From contig OX597824.1 in the NCBI GenBank assembly GCA_951406725.2, forward strand, positions 37,014,001 through 37,078,000: a stretch of DNA of 64,000 nucleotides. Reading direction: 5' to 3'. A program made the position numbers and the translations under genes. Below are positions 1 through 13,482 of the stretch, piece after piece. Source of the stretch: Octopus vulgaris. Lineage: Eukaryota. The notes beneath the pieces were generated by a model. The model was not told the origin of the DNA and ran no database searches. It saw only the letters and a program-made list of their open reading frames with translations. Every line of letters starts with the position of its first letter. Positions within the stretch are counted from its first letter, which is position 1.

Positions 1-869
1 AATAACAAAAAGATATGCTGGAAGTGAATTCCATTGTCTCTTCAAGACTTTTAGATATGGTTTTTGTATAGGCTTTGTTAGTTTTATTTCATGGTTTAGT
101 GAGAAGAGGAAGGGTAATGATGAGAGGAAAGGGGGTAACGTGAAGAAGGGGAGTAAACGTGGGGGAAGGGGAGTAAATGTAGGGGGGAAGGGAAATAGTA
201 CCCTTGACTCTTTCCTGGATGTCTGAGATTGAAAAAAAAAAGTTATCTTCCACTGAAGACTTTGCCCAAATTTTTGCAACACACCACACCCTGTTAAAGA
301 CATTCAAACGTTTAGTTGCTGGTGTTAAAGCACAAAACCTATTTGGAAATAACTCAGCTATTCCAATCCATTTATCATTTCTAATGTATTTAATAATTAC
401 TTTTCAAGCTTTGCATTTGAAATAATACAAAATTCTTTATCTATAAAAACTTCCATGATTTTCTTGATAAGCCAAATTCCCACTCGCTCTACAGCTCACC
501 CACCCTTCTGAGAGAACCTTTATCTAATCCCATAATCATAGACCCACAAACAGAGTAGAAATAACATACTCAGCAAAATCCTGAAACTTCTTAAATGTAA
601 TTTATGCAAATAAGGGGCTCATTTTTTAATCTATTCTTTTGAAATGAAATAATCACTGATAATTTTATAATTACCAGAATAATTCCAGTCTTCATATAAA
701 AGACTCCTTCCTGAAATGAAGTAAAGTTTAGGCCTCTCTCACTACTATCTAACATTTATTAATTCTTTCAAAAGATCGTGTATCCACATCTGACAGATTT
801 TCTTGATAGGTAATAGTGCTGAGTGGTTAAAGTGTCAGATAAAATGTCTGCAATATTTTGATAGGTTCG

Positions 870-1111
870 AAGGCAGCAAGCTGGCAGAATTGTTAGCACA
901 CCAGGCAAAATACTTAGCAGCATTTCATCCAGCCTTACATTGTGAGTTCAAATCCTGCTGAGGTCAACTTTGCCTTTCATCCTTTCAGGGTCGATAAAAT
1001 AAGTACCAGTTGAACACTGGGGTCAATGTAATCAACTCATCCTCTCTCCCAATATTGCTGCCCTTGTGGCAAAATTTGAAACCATTATTATTATTATAAT
1101 TATTATTATTA

Positions 1112-1145
<34 letters not shown>
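870..1145 (+). mobile_element. tRNA-derived SINE (family A) with (ATT)n tail
   Basis: Head gcagcaagctggcagaa...gagttcaaatcc (B-box), central gcctttcatcctttcagggtcgataaaataagtaccag, then (ATT)n. The family recurs many times in the window. Confidence 0.85.
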
Positions 1146-1146
<1 letters not shown>

Positions 1147-1585
1147 GAGTGAGCGAGTGACACTGGGGTAAAATATACAAAGCCGAGTATACCTATCATG
1201 ACTACCCATCTGATAAGGGTTCACCAGGCACATGCATCCCAACCATATGTGCGTGACATGGTGATCTCTTATCAAGATAAACAGCACATGACCTTGCAGG
1301 TGGGGCCCAGTTAGAATTTTCTTCAGGTTGAGTAGCCCATCCCGCTCAAAAGGTCCCTGAATAAGGGTTGTTTAAGGATGTTGAAAGAACCACCTATGTT
1401 TCCAGAGGTGAATTATTCAAACCCCAAAGAATCCCTCTCAACACATGGCTATGATGCTCCCCCACTACTTCTGCTTGTGATCAGAGTTGCACATATCGTC
1501 AGCCACTAAGGGACATGGTGAACTGGTTCAGGTCAAACAACTGACAAGCAAATCTGTGGTGTTGAGCAGAATATTTGTTTTGCTG
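1146..1585 (-). repeat. Unclassified interspersed repeat abutting the (ATT)n tract
   Basis: More GC-rich than its surroundings, no intact ORF, reads into (AAT)n on the minus strand. Class not determined. Confidence 0.4.
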
Positions 1586-1589
1586 TGCT

Positions 1590-2263
1590 TCTCCCCTGTT
1601 CGTCAATTTTTGCAATGGCTGAAACAAAGGAACAGTGTGCTTCCATGAAATTCTGTTTTCTGCTGGGGGAAACAGCAACTGAAACTGTTGTCATGCTTTA
1701 AATAGCTTGCAAGGATGCTATGAGTGGTTTCCATGCTTTAGGAATGGTGCCTTATTGCTTGAAGACCAACCTTCTTAAGGACAACTGTCAACCTCCCAAG
1801 CAAATGAAAGCATCAGGAAAATTCATGAACTGATCTTGGAAGCCCATCACTAAACAATTGACAAGCTTGTTAATATGACTGGTGCATCCTGGAGCTCCTG
1901 CCAACGAATTTTGAGCAAGGAATTGTGAACAAAAAGGGTTGCAGCAAGATCAGAAGATCAAAAGCAGTCATGACCGAATGCATGTCATGAACTGAAAGAA
2001 CAGTTGGAAGTTGATCTGGACCTCTTTTGAAGGTCATCACAGGTAGTGAAAGCTAGTGCTATGGAATTTGCAGATGTGGAAAATGTGAAGAAAAAAATGA
2101 CAGAGGCATTAAAAGGCATCACTTTGCAAGAGTTCCAGTACTACTTTGAATAGTATTGCTTCAAATGGAGAATACTTTGAAGGTGATAAAAGTGTAAACA
2201 TGTAAAACTAAGTGAATAAAATGATATTGCAAAATTCCGCTTTCTTTGGAGTACCCCCTCATA
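1590..2263 (+). mobile_element. Internally deleted mariner transposon (pseudogenised transposase)
   Basis: Broken frames give MAETKEQCASMKFCFLLGETATETVVML, IRKIHELILE, GASWSSCQRILSKEL, KVITGSES and FADVENVKKKMTEALKGITLQEFQ. Ends in TIR-like aaattccgctttctttggagtaccccctcaTA. Confidence 0.85.
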
Positions 2264-3199
2264 TAGTAAAAGTTAAATATAGAATATAAGCTAATACTGA
2301 ATATAGTTTACCAGAAAAGAAAACAGGTTTGTCACAGCTTGACTGCTGGTTAAATGCTAACCCTTCAGCAGACAGAAGAGTCTCCCTCAGCACCTGTATT
2401 TGTCATGACAGATGGGAATGAGAGAAATACCGCCCAAACCCCCTCCTTCTAAGGCAAGTCTGTTAAAAGTTTTCAAAGAATTCACCAAAGACACACGCAA
2501 ATCTTCATCAGACAATAATATTTATTAAGAACCCAACAAAATACACTTTACAAGAATTATTCTTTCAAAGTTTGGCACAAATCCAGCAATTTCAAGGTAA
2601 GTGAGAAAGACCATTATATCAACCCTAGTACTTGACTGGTACTTATTTTATTGACTCTGAAAGGATGAAAGCCAAAATCATTCTTGGTGGAATTTGAACT
2701 CAGAATGCAAAGAGCCAGAAAAAAATACTGCTAAGTATTTTGTCTGTGCTAACGAATGTTCCAGCTCATCACTTTCACAATAATAATAAGATTTGAAGCC
2801 ACAAGTTTAAAAACAGAAATAACATTATCTTTCCTTCACAAATCAAAACTCCATGCAGGATGCACTTGAAAACAATAATAGATGTGTCACACACAAAAAT
2901 TAAACTTTGTAAACTCTTCATTCGTTATTCTTTTCATTTCCACATTTCAATGTTTGAATAGGTCTAGGAACTATCATTGCCTCTGAGATTTCATGTAACA
3001 ATATTTAAGGAGACATTAAGATAGTGAGCTGGCAGAATTGTTAATCTGACAAGCCAAATGCTTAGTGGCATTTCATCCATTTTCAAGCTGTGTTCAAAAT
3101 CCATTGAGGTCAAATTCATCTTTCATCCTTTCACAATTGATAAAATAAGTACCTGTTGAGTACTGGAGTCAATGTAATTGACTTAGCCCTCATAACAGT

Positions 3200-4708
3200 C
3201 AATTTCTACAGGCGTTCCTATTGTGGCATCATCTAGACATTGAAGGGAACTGTGATACTCTAAGCAACACTGTCCACCCTGAGAGCTAAGAGGAGGTGGA
3301 GCCCCATGGATCATCCTACTGAATGCCAGTTGAAGATAATATGACCTTATGTACTGTGAGAAACACACTCAGAGATCCATATAGCAGGTAAGCCAGTGGG
3401 TAGGCCGATGGGGCATAGCTGAGGAAGGCCTTGTACAAATGACTGCAGTGCAGACAGTTGAAGGCATTTTTCATGTCAAACTTGACAATGAGGTGCTTGG
3501 AATCACTCGATGTCAGCTCAAGTGGACAATCATTGAAGAACTGTCGAGCAGAATGGGCAGCACCCTTGCACCCACTGGCCACACCAACCTCCAGCTGCAC
3601 TGGGCTAAGTTCCTCATCTAGTTTAGGTTCCTTCTCGAGCCATGCCTGGCTCATAAGGGCCAGTTTCCCGGTTTCCTTGGCATATAGGTTCTCCGCCTGG
3701 ACGGGACGCTGGTCCGTCGCAGGTGAGAATGATTAAGTAGGCCAAAAAAAAAGAGATCTTGAAAATAAGGAATCAGGGAGCTATGAATGAACTAGTTGAT
3801 AAGAGCCATTATTGCAATCAGTAGGTATCACCTGGCTTCAGCAGTAAGGGGAGACAGCAAGTCTTTGAGGTGGTCAGGTCAGAGACAGTCAACACCTTCA
3901 CTGCTACCAGCAAGGGAAGACATCAGAGGAGAAAGGGTGTCTTTCTCAGAGGCCATATATAGGGGCTGAAGGTTCAGGTGGAGATATTGATCTGAGGTCT
4001 GTAGGTGGCTCAGGATTTTGATGCCAGAGGCAGCCAATACTTCCTCATCAAAGACGACTACTTTGACAGTAACCAAGACATCACCTTCAATAAGATTGAT
4101 GTTTACCTGGTCATGATAACTCTTTAAACAAACATCAGTTGTGGAGGATTGTGAGTACAAATGAGTGGAGTGCAGCATGTTCGAACACATTGGGTATGGA
4201 TATCTGCCTGAAAGATGAAATGTTAGTTCTGACTAGAGCTGTTGTTGATAGGCCATCTCAATTGGCACCACTGTTGGGGAAACCAAGGGTGAGTAGAGCA
4301 AATTAGAACAGTTGTTCCCAACCACTGGGTTGACCAGAGTCCAAGGCTTTTTAATTAAGGATGCAAAGGCATTGGCTACCAGTACAGTTAGTTGTTCATT
4401 GTTTAGTCTTTGTGGAAAAGTAACTAGTTGATATGAGCCATGATTGCAATCAGTAGGCATCACCTGGCTTCAGCAGTAAGGAGAGACAGCAAGTTTTTGA
4501 GGTGGTCAGGTCAGAAACAATCAACATTTTCACTGCTACCAGCAAGGGAAGACGTCAGAGGAGAGAGGATGTCTTTCTCAGAGGCTGTCTCCCCTTACTG
4601 CTGAACCAGGTGATGCCTACTGATTGCACTTATGGCTCTTATCAACTAGTTCATTCACAGCTCCCTGATCCCTTATTTTCAAGGCCTCTTTTTTGGCCTA
4701 CCTAATTA
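3200..4708 (-). mobile_element. Degraded, rearranged CRE-like non-LTR retrotransposon RT region
   Basis: Minus-strand peptides QLEVGVASGCKGAAHSARQF, KFDMKNAFNCLH, ILSSTGIQ*DDPWG and upstream GSSEGVDCL*PDHLKDLL resemble CRE-clade RT motifs. Stops and frameshifts present; a SINE fragment is inserted at about 3627-3726. Confidence 0.8.
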
Positions 4709-6274
4709 AGAAAGAAAATGTGGCCCAGTGTTTATCTCTTCTGCTGGTGTTTCTGTTTTTATTGTGAAGAAATTACTGTAGATGTAAAAGTAAAGTTATG
4801 CTGACTCATAAGGACCAGTTTCCTGGTTTCCATGGTGTATAAATTCCCCACCTGGATGGGACACCAGTCCCTCACTGGATTACTCATTTTTGCCATCTGA
4901 GTGGACTGAAGCAATGTGAAATGATGAGTTTTGCTCAAGAATATAATGCATCGCTCTGTCCAGGAATTGAAACCACAATCTTATGATCATGAGCCCAACA
5001 TCCTGACCATTTTACTGTAGATGACAATTGTTTGACTAGTAACATTGTAATTCTACCACTGTCTGATCAGTTCCAACCAAACATTCGTTGTAGTCATAGA
5101 GTGAAATGCCAATTTTAAAAGTATAAAAGACAGACATTGAGTTGATGCTTGTTGCCAAGTTGATATGGGAAATCTTATTTTTATTCAAATCAGCTTTTTA
5201 TTTTCGATATTAAGTTGTGTGAAAGGTAGGCTAAACTCTGATATAGCAGTTGTAAATACAATAATATTTAATTCTTTCAAATTTTGGCCCAAGGCCAGAA
5301 ATTTAGTAGTGGTGGATGTTGGTCAGTTACTGCAATCCCAGTATTTGACTGGCATTTTACTTTTTCAGCCCCACAAAACACGAAAACCAAAGTCGACCTT
5401 AGCAATGTTTGAACTCAGAATATAATGAATTACAAGTAACTAACAATATATTGGTAGAATTATAAAAAACATCAGATAAAATGCCTGCAACATTTAATGA
5501 ATGCATTTTATGTTCTGAATTTGAATCCTTCTGAAGTCAACTTCACCTTTCATATTTCTGGCATTAAATGTAGGACAAAACACATCAGCTTTCTGTATTT
5601 GCCTGTCAGCAAAGGAAATAAAGAAGAGGATTATTGTATCGGAACCTATGAAACCAGCAGGAAATTTATGAAATTGAATGAAACAATAAATGTCGGGGTA
5701 GAATATTTCAACAAACCTTCAAGTTTTTGTAATTTATTTTATGTATTTCCATAAATATAGAATATTATTGAATTTTCCTTTTCTACTCTCAGTACCAATG
5801 GAAGCCATGGAGAACGTTCGGCTAAAGAGACATGCTGAGATCTCCATAATTACTTGCTATGGAGATTCATACTGTTGTTAAAACAAATTGATACAGGCTA
5901 TTTAATCTTGGCATTGAAACTGCAAGAAACTCATCCATAAATACTCTTCTCTATTTATATTCAATTATTTATCTGCTGGGGAAATAACTTCAACAAAATA
6001 GCAAACCAAAAAAAGAATAAAATTTGCTTGCAACTTATTGATATTTTTATTGAAACATTTCACTGTTTGTTACTAGTTTTATTTGTATGTCATGTTTAAT
6101 ATTACAGTCAGTTCTTCTAACTACTATCACTTTTAATCATGGCTTATCGTTCCTTTCAATTGCATTCAGTCATGTTTTTTGTTACAAACATTTTGCCATA
6201 TTTCCCTGCATAAATTGGAATATATGATAAAGATAGGGATCACATCTTTTGTATCAATTACGTAAGATTCTTAC

Positions 6275-6354
6275 CTGTTGCCACCTTTATGCAATTCTAT
6301 GGCATTTTTATCATTGTTCTGTACATGGCTTTGCTTTGATTTCATATCTTCCAT
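6275..6354 (-). CDS. Candidate internal exon of unidentified minus-strand gene (MEDMKSKQSHVQNNDKNAIELHKGGN)
   Basis: Acceptor gtgtcag (alternative at 6361), strong donor CAG|GTAAGA, open frame phase 0 to 2. Phase-compatible with 9010-9106. Confidence 0.4.
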
Positions 6355-6429
6355 CTGACACCTAATCAGCAATAGCGAAAACGCAAAACTCCAAAGCATT
6401 GGTGTCAACCAAAATCACAAACACCAGAC

Positions 6430-6640
6430 ATACACCTAAAACCCTTAAAGGCTTGAGGGAATCACTGCACTCACTAACATCTACAACGCTTCATATCAAC
6501 ACCTTTGAATTCCAAGAATATAAAAGTTGGACAATATCATATTAGTTCTAAAGCTCAGTAAAACACTAAATGATGTAACATCATACAAACCCATCATCCT
6601 CAATAAGTCCAAAAAGAAATTAATTCTCAATATCACTTCC
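6430..6640 (+). mobile_element. Jockey/I-type LINE RT N-terminal fragment
   Basis: LTNIYNASYQHL*IPRI*KLDNIILVLKLSKTLNDVTSYKPIIL resembles the LT.IFN..IP..WK.A.II.I.KPGK..SYRPISL pre-RT motif. Confidence 0.65.
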
Positions 6641-6892
6641 TTACATATTCTTGTCTTCAAATTATATCAAAAATTCAAAACCTTACACTCATTAATTAAT
6701 GTTATTTTGAACTAATACTGCTTCTGTTGCTAATAATGAACTTTTATACAGCTCACTTGCTATTTGCAATATCAGTGATTTGTTAATCACTGCTTTTCTA
6801 TATCAGTAGAAATGAAATATATCAAAACAGGCAGTTGATAGTGGGTCCCACTACGAGGCACCTTGGGCAAGTGTCTTCTACTATAGCCTCAG

Positions 6893-7138
6893 GGACGTAA
6901 ACACACCAGCATCGGTTGTCGAGTCATGTTGGGGGGGACAAACACATACACACATACATACATACATACATACATATATACAAAGGGCTTCTTTCAGTTT
7001 CCATCTACCAAATCCACCCACAAGGCTTTGGTCGCCCGAGGCTATAGTAGAAGACACCTGCCCAATGTGCCACACAGTGGGACTGAACCCACAACCATGT
7101 GGTTGGTAAGCAAGCTACTTACCACACAGCCACTCCTA
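6893..7138 (-). mobile_element. tRNA-derived SINE (family B, ggagtggctgtgtggtaag head), partial
   Basis: Reverse complement matches the full copies at 45218 and 48907. Confidence 0.85.
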
Positions 7139-8175
7139 ACAATTCTCATATTAATAAATACATCTCAAAGATTCAAGGAACTGACCTTTTTTATTGCTCC
7201 AGAATACAGTAGGTTAGCTAAATATTTACCATTTTGTGTCAGTATCCCCTCCACAAATGTCCAGTAAAAGTGTTTATTCATTTATTCCTAATATTTTCCA
7301 AAATCTTTTCCCAAACTTCCTTTGACTTATTTCCTCTCCTAAACATTAATTTGCCAACCCTACATAACACTTTCCTGTGTCACTAACTAACTCTAAAAGT
7401 AAAACCTAAATTCAGCTACCAGAAATAGCACCATCATACTATTTCTGGTAATTGAATTTAAGTGGTAGACTTAGTTTTGCCTGAAGATTAGAACCTATTC
7501 TAAAATTGTACTTTCTCTTTCACTTCTTTAAGATATTGGATTCTTGTGAATCTTACTCTTTCTACTTTAATTGACGTATTCCAAACACTTGTGGTACTGC
7601 AATGTCTTCTCTTTTATATTAAGAGTTAACCGGTCAGTTTTGTTGTGCTAACCTGATTTTAAGATGTTTATGTAGGTCAGCCTTGATCCAGCATTTCTAT
7701 GATCATGAGCAATCTAGTCATGGCCATCCCATCTTCCCAGAGGTCTCTACACTACATAATTCCACCAGTGCCAACGGTGGTGATGTATGATAAATGGTGA
7801 TTAAATGGCATGTCCATTTTTGTTTAAAATGGTAAGCTGTGATATGAGGGGGATTTCACTGCCATTTCTGGCCAATTGAGTTATCACTTAAAGGATCTCT
7901 CATTGCCAAAAAGGGCATGAACATCATAAATTCCCCTCCCCAGGAAAGCAGCTGCTGTAATACTCCATAAATGTGTTTAATTATGTTATTGTACAATTAT
8001 TATTAATGCAAGTCTTTCAAGAAAGAATCCCCACAATCTCAAAGTTCCACCAAATTTCCCTCTGCTTTCCTAAAACCCACTCACCACTGTTTCTGTGTTT
8101 TGATGGAATCATAAGAAATAAAACAAATGAACGATTCCTAATAATCCAAGAAGTCATTTACATAATGGTATTGTT

Positions 8176-8403
8176 TAACCCTTTAGCATTCAAATTACTC
8201 AATCAAACATAATGCTTACTTATTGAAATTCGTTAGAATTAATTATACATTATCACATAGCTTCTAGATTTTAATGATGTTGAGTGTATATTTTTAGAAT
8301 GATATTGTTTGGTAGATGTAAGGGGCTGAATCTGGCAGGCTTGAACATGAAATATGTAGAATATATGGGCCTGATATGGCTGGTTCAAGTGCTAAAGGGT
8401 TAC
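8176..8403. mobile_element. piggyBac-type MITE
   Basis: TTAA-CCCTTTAGCA...TGCTAAAGGG-TTA termini. Related copies at about 12815-12990, 22987-23215 and 52930-53116. Confidence 0.75.
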
Positions 8404-9009
8404 GATACACCTTATTAATTAGGAGTAAACAGTACACATACTTCTGCATAATTAATCCTTTCAACAATAGGCACAAAGCCTGAAATTTGTGGGAGGGAAT
8501 AATTTGATTACATTAAACCTAGTGTTCAACAGGCACTTTTATCAACCCCAAAAAGATGAAAGGCAAAGTCAACATCAGGCAGAATTTGAACTGAGAACGT
8601 AAAGACAGACAAAATGCATTTTGACCAATGTGCTAACAATTCTGCCAGCTTACTGTCTTTGTACTTCTAACTAATTAATAAGCAGCTTTCTTTGTTATAT
8701 TCAGGATAATCATAACCATGATTATTTTACCTCCCTGGACATCATCTCAATATCTAAAGTATCATTTATCAGAAATGGACTTCACCATCTTTTATGCAAT
8801 GATCCATACGAACATAACTGCAAGTGTAATAGACACATCAGTGAATTTGTATACATGTATGGATGTATGTATAGATTTAAGTGTGTGTGTGTGTGTGTGC
8901 ATGCATGCATGCGAGTATGTGTGTGTGTTTTATGTTGACCCATAAAGAAAAAGGCGACTCAAATAGATACATATATATTCCCACTCTTGTATCATATAAC
9001 CTTACTTAC

Positions 9010-9106
9010 TAAATTCTTTGACATTCCAGATAAGGGGTTTTGCAGGAATGCTTCAGAATGTTCTGACTGATCTATTTTAAGGACATTAGGCATCACCATT
9101 CTCCCT
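9010..9106 (-). CDS. Candidate internal exon (GRMVMPNVLKIDQSEHSEAFLQNPLSGMSKNL)
   Basis: Acceptor tttaaag, donor TTA|GTAAGT, open frame phase 2 to 0. Links the 12094-12223 and 6275-6354 candidates. Confidence 0.4.
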
Positions 9107-9294
9107 CTTTAAAGTTCTGTTTAGTGCCTCTTAGATAACAGAATACCCTAATTAGAGTACGACAAATGGTTGTGGATGTGAAACAATTCCCTTTACCTCA
9201 CGACTAAGGTTTCATTATACTAACTAATCAGTTGTCTCTTTGTTAATTGAATTGCTTTGTATTTAATTGCCTTTTCAAATTAATTTTAGATGGG

Positions 9295-9327
9295 ATATAT
9301 ATATATATATATATATACCAGTATGAA

Positions 9328-9367
<40 letters not shown>

Positions 9368-9369
9368 AC

Positions 9370-9446
<77 letters not shown>

Positions 9447-9505
9447 TGCATATATACATACTTATATGTACATTCCTACATATATATGTATATATACACA
9501 TACAT
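9295..9505. repeat. (TA)n / (TACA)n microsatellite
   Basis: Direct inspection. Confidence 0.95.
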
Positions 9506-9717
9506 GCATAAGGGTACAGGACATCAAAAATATAAAACGTTGAACACAATGAGAAATGAAAACATTAAAAACAAAAACATAGAAACAAACTTTTTTTTGA
9601 ACAATGAAAAAGAAAACAACCATAGAAATGGGACATACAACATAAAGAATATTCCCCTTCTTCAGTTGTCCCTGTTTCAACTACACCACGTTTCAAAGAC
9701 AAACACACACACACATA

Positions 9718-10716
9718 CAGGATGCGATGGGTAAATTGTCACCATTTTATATTTTTTATTTCGTGCATGTGCATTTTTGTTTTTGATTTTGTCAACTACA
9801 CAGTATAGTAGGATCAGCTGGGCACCATCTGTGAGAAAAACAACACCATGATGCAATTCACTCAGCCAGAAATTTGGAAATGACATGCTGTACTGCTTGG
9901 CACGTGTGCCAGAAACTCCAATACAGACATTTCAGAGCACTTGGGAGTCAATCTGAGTGAGGACAGTGCAGAGGATTCAGAAAGAGTTTAATTAGTCTAA
10001 TGGTAATTACGAAGATACAGCAGCTCAGAAAACTCACTCTGATCATTCTGATAAGAAAAGAACTCTTGAATTTGCTGGTGAGATCCAGACCTTGATTGAC
10101 AACATTCCCTCCAGGTCAATGAAGTCCATCACCAGGGACATGAGAGTGTCTGAGTTTCTCATCAGGCAAATAGTGCATGAAGACATTCAGTATTACTCAT
10201 GCAATATGAAAAAGGGCCAATTTTTATCCTAAGCCAATGAGGACAAAGGGAAAGACCATGCTATGAAGCTTTTGAACAAACTCAAGCATCCCTTCCAACT
10301 GAACAGGCTTTGGTTTTTCTCAGATGAGAAAAATTTCTGCCAGGATCAGATGGTGAACACACAGAAAAACCGTTGGCTTGCCATGTCCCCAAAAACATAT
10401 TCCAAGGTGGATAAAAATCAAACATCTAGTCAACATCATAATGTTTGGAGTGATCACTAGTGATGGCAATGTTAAGATATCATTCATTTTCCCACACAGC
10501 CTCAGACTCAACATGGAAGCCTACATCAAGTGCCTGGAGGAGATAGTGCTGCTTTAGATCAAGGGGATGGCTGCTGGAAGATTCTATGCCTGGCAACAAG
10601 ACTCTGCACCATTGTCACACGAGCAGGAGAACTCAGTCACGGACAATTTCTGCAGCCACATCACCCTAACATCTGGCAACTTAACTCCTCTGACTGCAAT
10701 TCCGTTGATTATTATG
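9718..10716 (+). mobile_element. 3'-truncated Tc1/mariner element, maT/DD37D-like transposase pseudogene
   Basis: TA followed by caggatgcgatgggtaaattgtcacc terminus. Peptides WFFSDEKNFCQDQMVNTQKNRWLA, YAWQQDSAP and NIWQLNSSDCNSVDYYV cover the D-D-D catalytic motifs. Frameshifted. Confidence 0.85.
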
Positions 10717-11711
10717 TGCGTGTGTGTGTGTGTGTGTATGCAAGTGTAAATGCATATACAAACTATACATATCCAAGTTAGTATTTAATCCAGGTAGGTG
10801 CTGATGTACTGAGTGACAGACATAGAAATACTTTGTTCATTTGATTCATGTGCCTTTTAGTTAAATCCTCAAGGACATTAATTGGTGAGGACATATAGAG
10901 AAAAGGGGAGATAACTTCAAGAAATTAAGAATTAATTTCACAGAAAATTGAATTTTCCTATTTTGGAGATTAACCCGACTCTGTCAGTAAAGAAGGTAAC
11001 AGTCGCAGACATGTTTCTACCTTTTATACCTTATCAGTGTGGCATAATCTTCCTAAATTTACATTGACCAATGGCTATAGGAGTTAATATGTAGAAAAAG
11101 TGCTGCAAAGATTCTAGGCCAGTATAATTTGCATAATCCCAAAAGCTATGAACATAAACGTATGTACACACAAGCATACACACATTCACACATACGTACA
11201 CACAAACATACACACATTCACATATATGTACACACAAACATACACATATTCACACATACACACACACATACAATAAAATTGAGTTAAGATATTATTTATA
11301 CAAATAATGTCAAAATTTTTATTCAGTCCTCATAGCCTGGTGAAAGTGTATGGCCAAGTGGTTAGGGTATTGCACTCACAATCACCAGATCATGGGTTCA
11401 ATTATTGGACTGGGCAACTTGTGTTCTTGAGCAAAACACTTCATTTTTACATTGCTTTAGTGCTGTGTGGGAACTGGCATGTCAAAGAATAGACCCAACG
11501 TTTCCTCTGTATGTTGTAAAAGGTGACTAAAAGAGGTTGTGGTAGGATTTGTGCTCCAACCACATAAAAGGCTCTCACCAGCAACAAATACCCCAGACTC
11601 GTGGATTGGAGGATTGTCGCCTGAGTGGTGTAGAGATGTCACTCACCAGGAATAGTAGGGAATCACCAACAGATGGTAGATGCAATGATGCAGTTACAAT
11701 ATATGCACCCA

Positions 11712-11810
<99 letters not shown>

Positions 11811-11816
11811 TACTAT
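11712..11816. repeat. (CTA)n microsatellite
   Basis: Direct inspection. Confidence 0.95.
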
Positions 11817-12093
11817 AACTCATAGCTTAGGATGATAAATAAAACGCAATTGAAATTGATCTCAAAATCTCTTGATTGCCAAGTAATTGTTTTATCTCTA
11901 ATTGGTATTCATAAATCTATAATGTTTGATATCCTTTATATCTGAAAATTCAGATTATAATCAACTTTTCATACTCATAAGAATACTTTTCAGAAATACA
12001 TTAAATTCAAGATGGGATATTCTAATTATGCTATAAAATATGATGAGATATCTTGCTATATCAAACATTAAATAATTGAATAGAATAACTTAC

Positions 12094-12223
12094 TGTATAC
12101 GATATGAGATTGTTGGCTTCGAACAAAGAAACAAAAGTTCCATTATTAGAGTTTGGATAACAACATCGATAGCATTCACATATTGAATCAGACGTCCGTA
12201 GCTTTCAGAATCCTTGAATGTGT
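12094..12223 (-). CDS. Candidate internal exon (TFKDSESYGRLIQYVNAIDVVIQTLIMELLFLCSKPTISYRI)
   Basis: Acceptor ttatacag, donor CA|GTAAGT, 130 bp with exactly one open frame (phase 1 to 2). Retains several CpGs, unlike the surrounding DNA. Confidence 0.55.
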
Positions 12224-12289
12224 CTGTATAACTTTATTGTTCATGTAATAAGCTACAAAATTCTTACATTTGTTGTAATTTAGACCACC

Positions 12290-12490
12290 TCATGGTCCAA
12301 GCGGACAAAATGGAAATGGCGTTGCCCTGGAGGATGGTGAGGGAGATGCACTGGAACAACCACTCTGACTCCCTGGGCTCACACTTGCAGATAGCCATTT
12401 CTGCCCCAATAGCGGTGAGCAGTGATATGGCCCAGGGGCCAAAAATGCCAGAGGTCCCCACTGACACAAGCTTGACCATACACCTGTCAG
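12290..12490 (-). mobile_element. CRE-like retrotransposon C-terminal (restriction-like endonuclease) fragment
   Basis: VGTSGIFGPWAISLLTAIG...EPRESEWLFQCISLTILQGNAISILSA resembles the VET.G.WG...DPRE..FL.QRLS.A.QRGNA..VLG C-terminus. Confidence 0.75.
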
Positions 12491-13414
12491 AGAGTAACCA
12501 ATACTATGAGATATTGATTTCAAATCTGGCACAAGGCCAGCAGCTTTAGGAGAGGGTGTAAATCGATTACGTTGACCCCAGTTCTCAGTTGATGCTTATT
12601 TTATTGACCCCACCCCACAAAGGATGAAAAGCAAAGTCAACCTCAGTGGGATTTGAACTTGGAGCAAAAACGCAAATGGAATGTCGCTAAACATTTTGCC
12701 CTGTGTGCCTGAGCATTGCTTTATTGTATGAGATACCAATAATTTTTAATTTGTCTTGTTTACAGGTATTGACATGAATTATAAGGAGCTGTGGAAGATG
12801 CCAGAACAACTTTAGCACTTTAGCATTAAGCTGGTCATATCCAGCGCAAATACACTACCTGTTTTATGTTCAAACTGGCCAGAACTAACCTCTCACACCT
12901 ACTCTGCAATGTCATTCTAAAATAAACAATCATATTTTTGAAATCTCAAACCTGCAATTATAATACAGGATTCATTTTATAAAAAGGGTTTGAGTTGCTT
13001 CACCACTTGACCTGACCTTAGTTTCTGCATTCAGCAATGGAGCAGAGTGGAACCCTTAGTATACAAGTGCTTACTTAAAATACAAGCAGTTGTTTATGGA
13101 AGATGAAGGCCTTAAAATGCTTGTTTCTTTTTCTGGATTTTCAGTTTTTTTTTAAACTGACAAACAAAAACGAATGTCTTCTCTACACAACAATATGACA
13201 TTACACCTAGAGATAGATATTTGATATGCTAACAACTTAGGAATTAGCAAGTGGATAAGATACTGGATTTCAAAAGTTAGTTGTTCACAGTAACATTAAT
13301 AAGAACAATTCATTAATTGCAATGGAATATGAAGAAGATAAGAAGAGTTCCTGTGACTGCCCAAACAATGAACTACTTCAAGTTGTTGGGAGTTTCCCAA
13401 ACTATCAATCTAAT

Positions 13415-13482
<68 letters not shown>

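Noticed and set aside
200-2395. Further minus-strand exon candidates at about 202-290 and 2313-2395
   Set aside because: Weak splice signals, and 2313-2395 is phase-incompatible with the 6275 exon.
7409-7460. Short AT-rich hairpins (also 25762-25802 and about 57632-57650)
   Set aside because: Stems of 8-14 bp are plausible by chance or as MITE debris; no supporting context.
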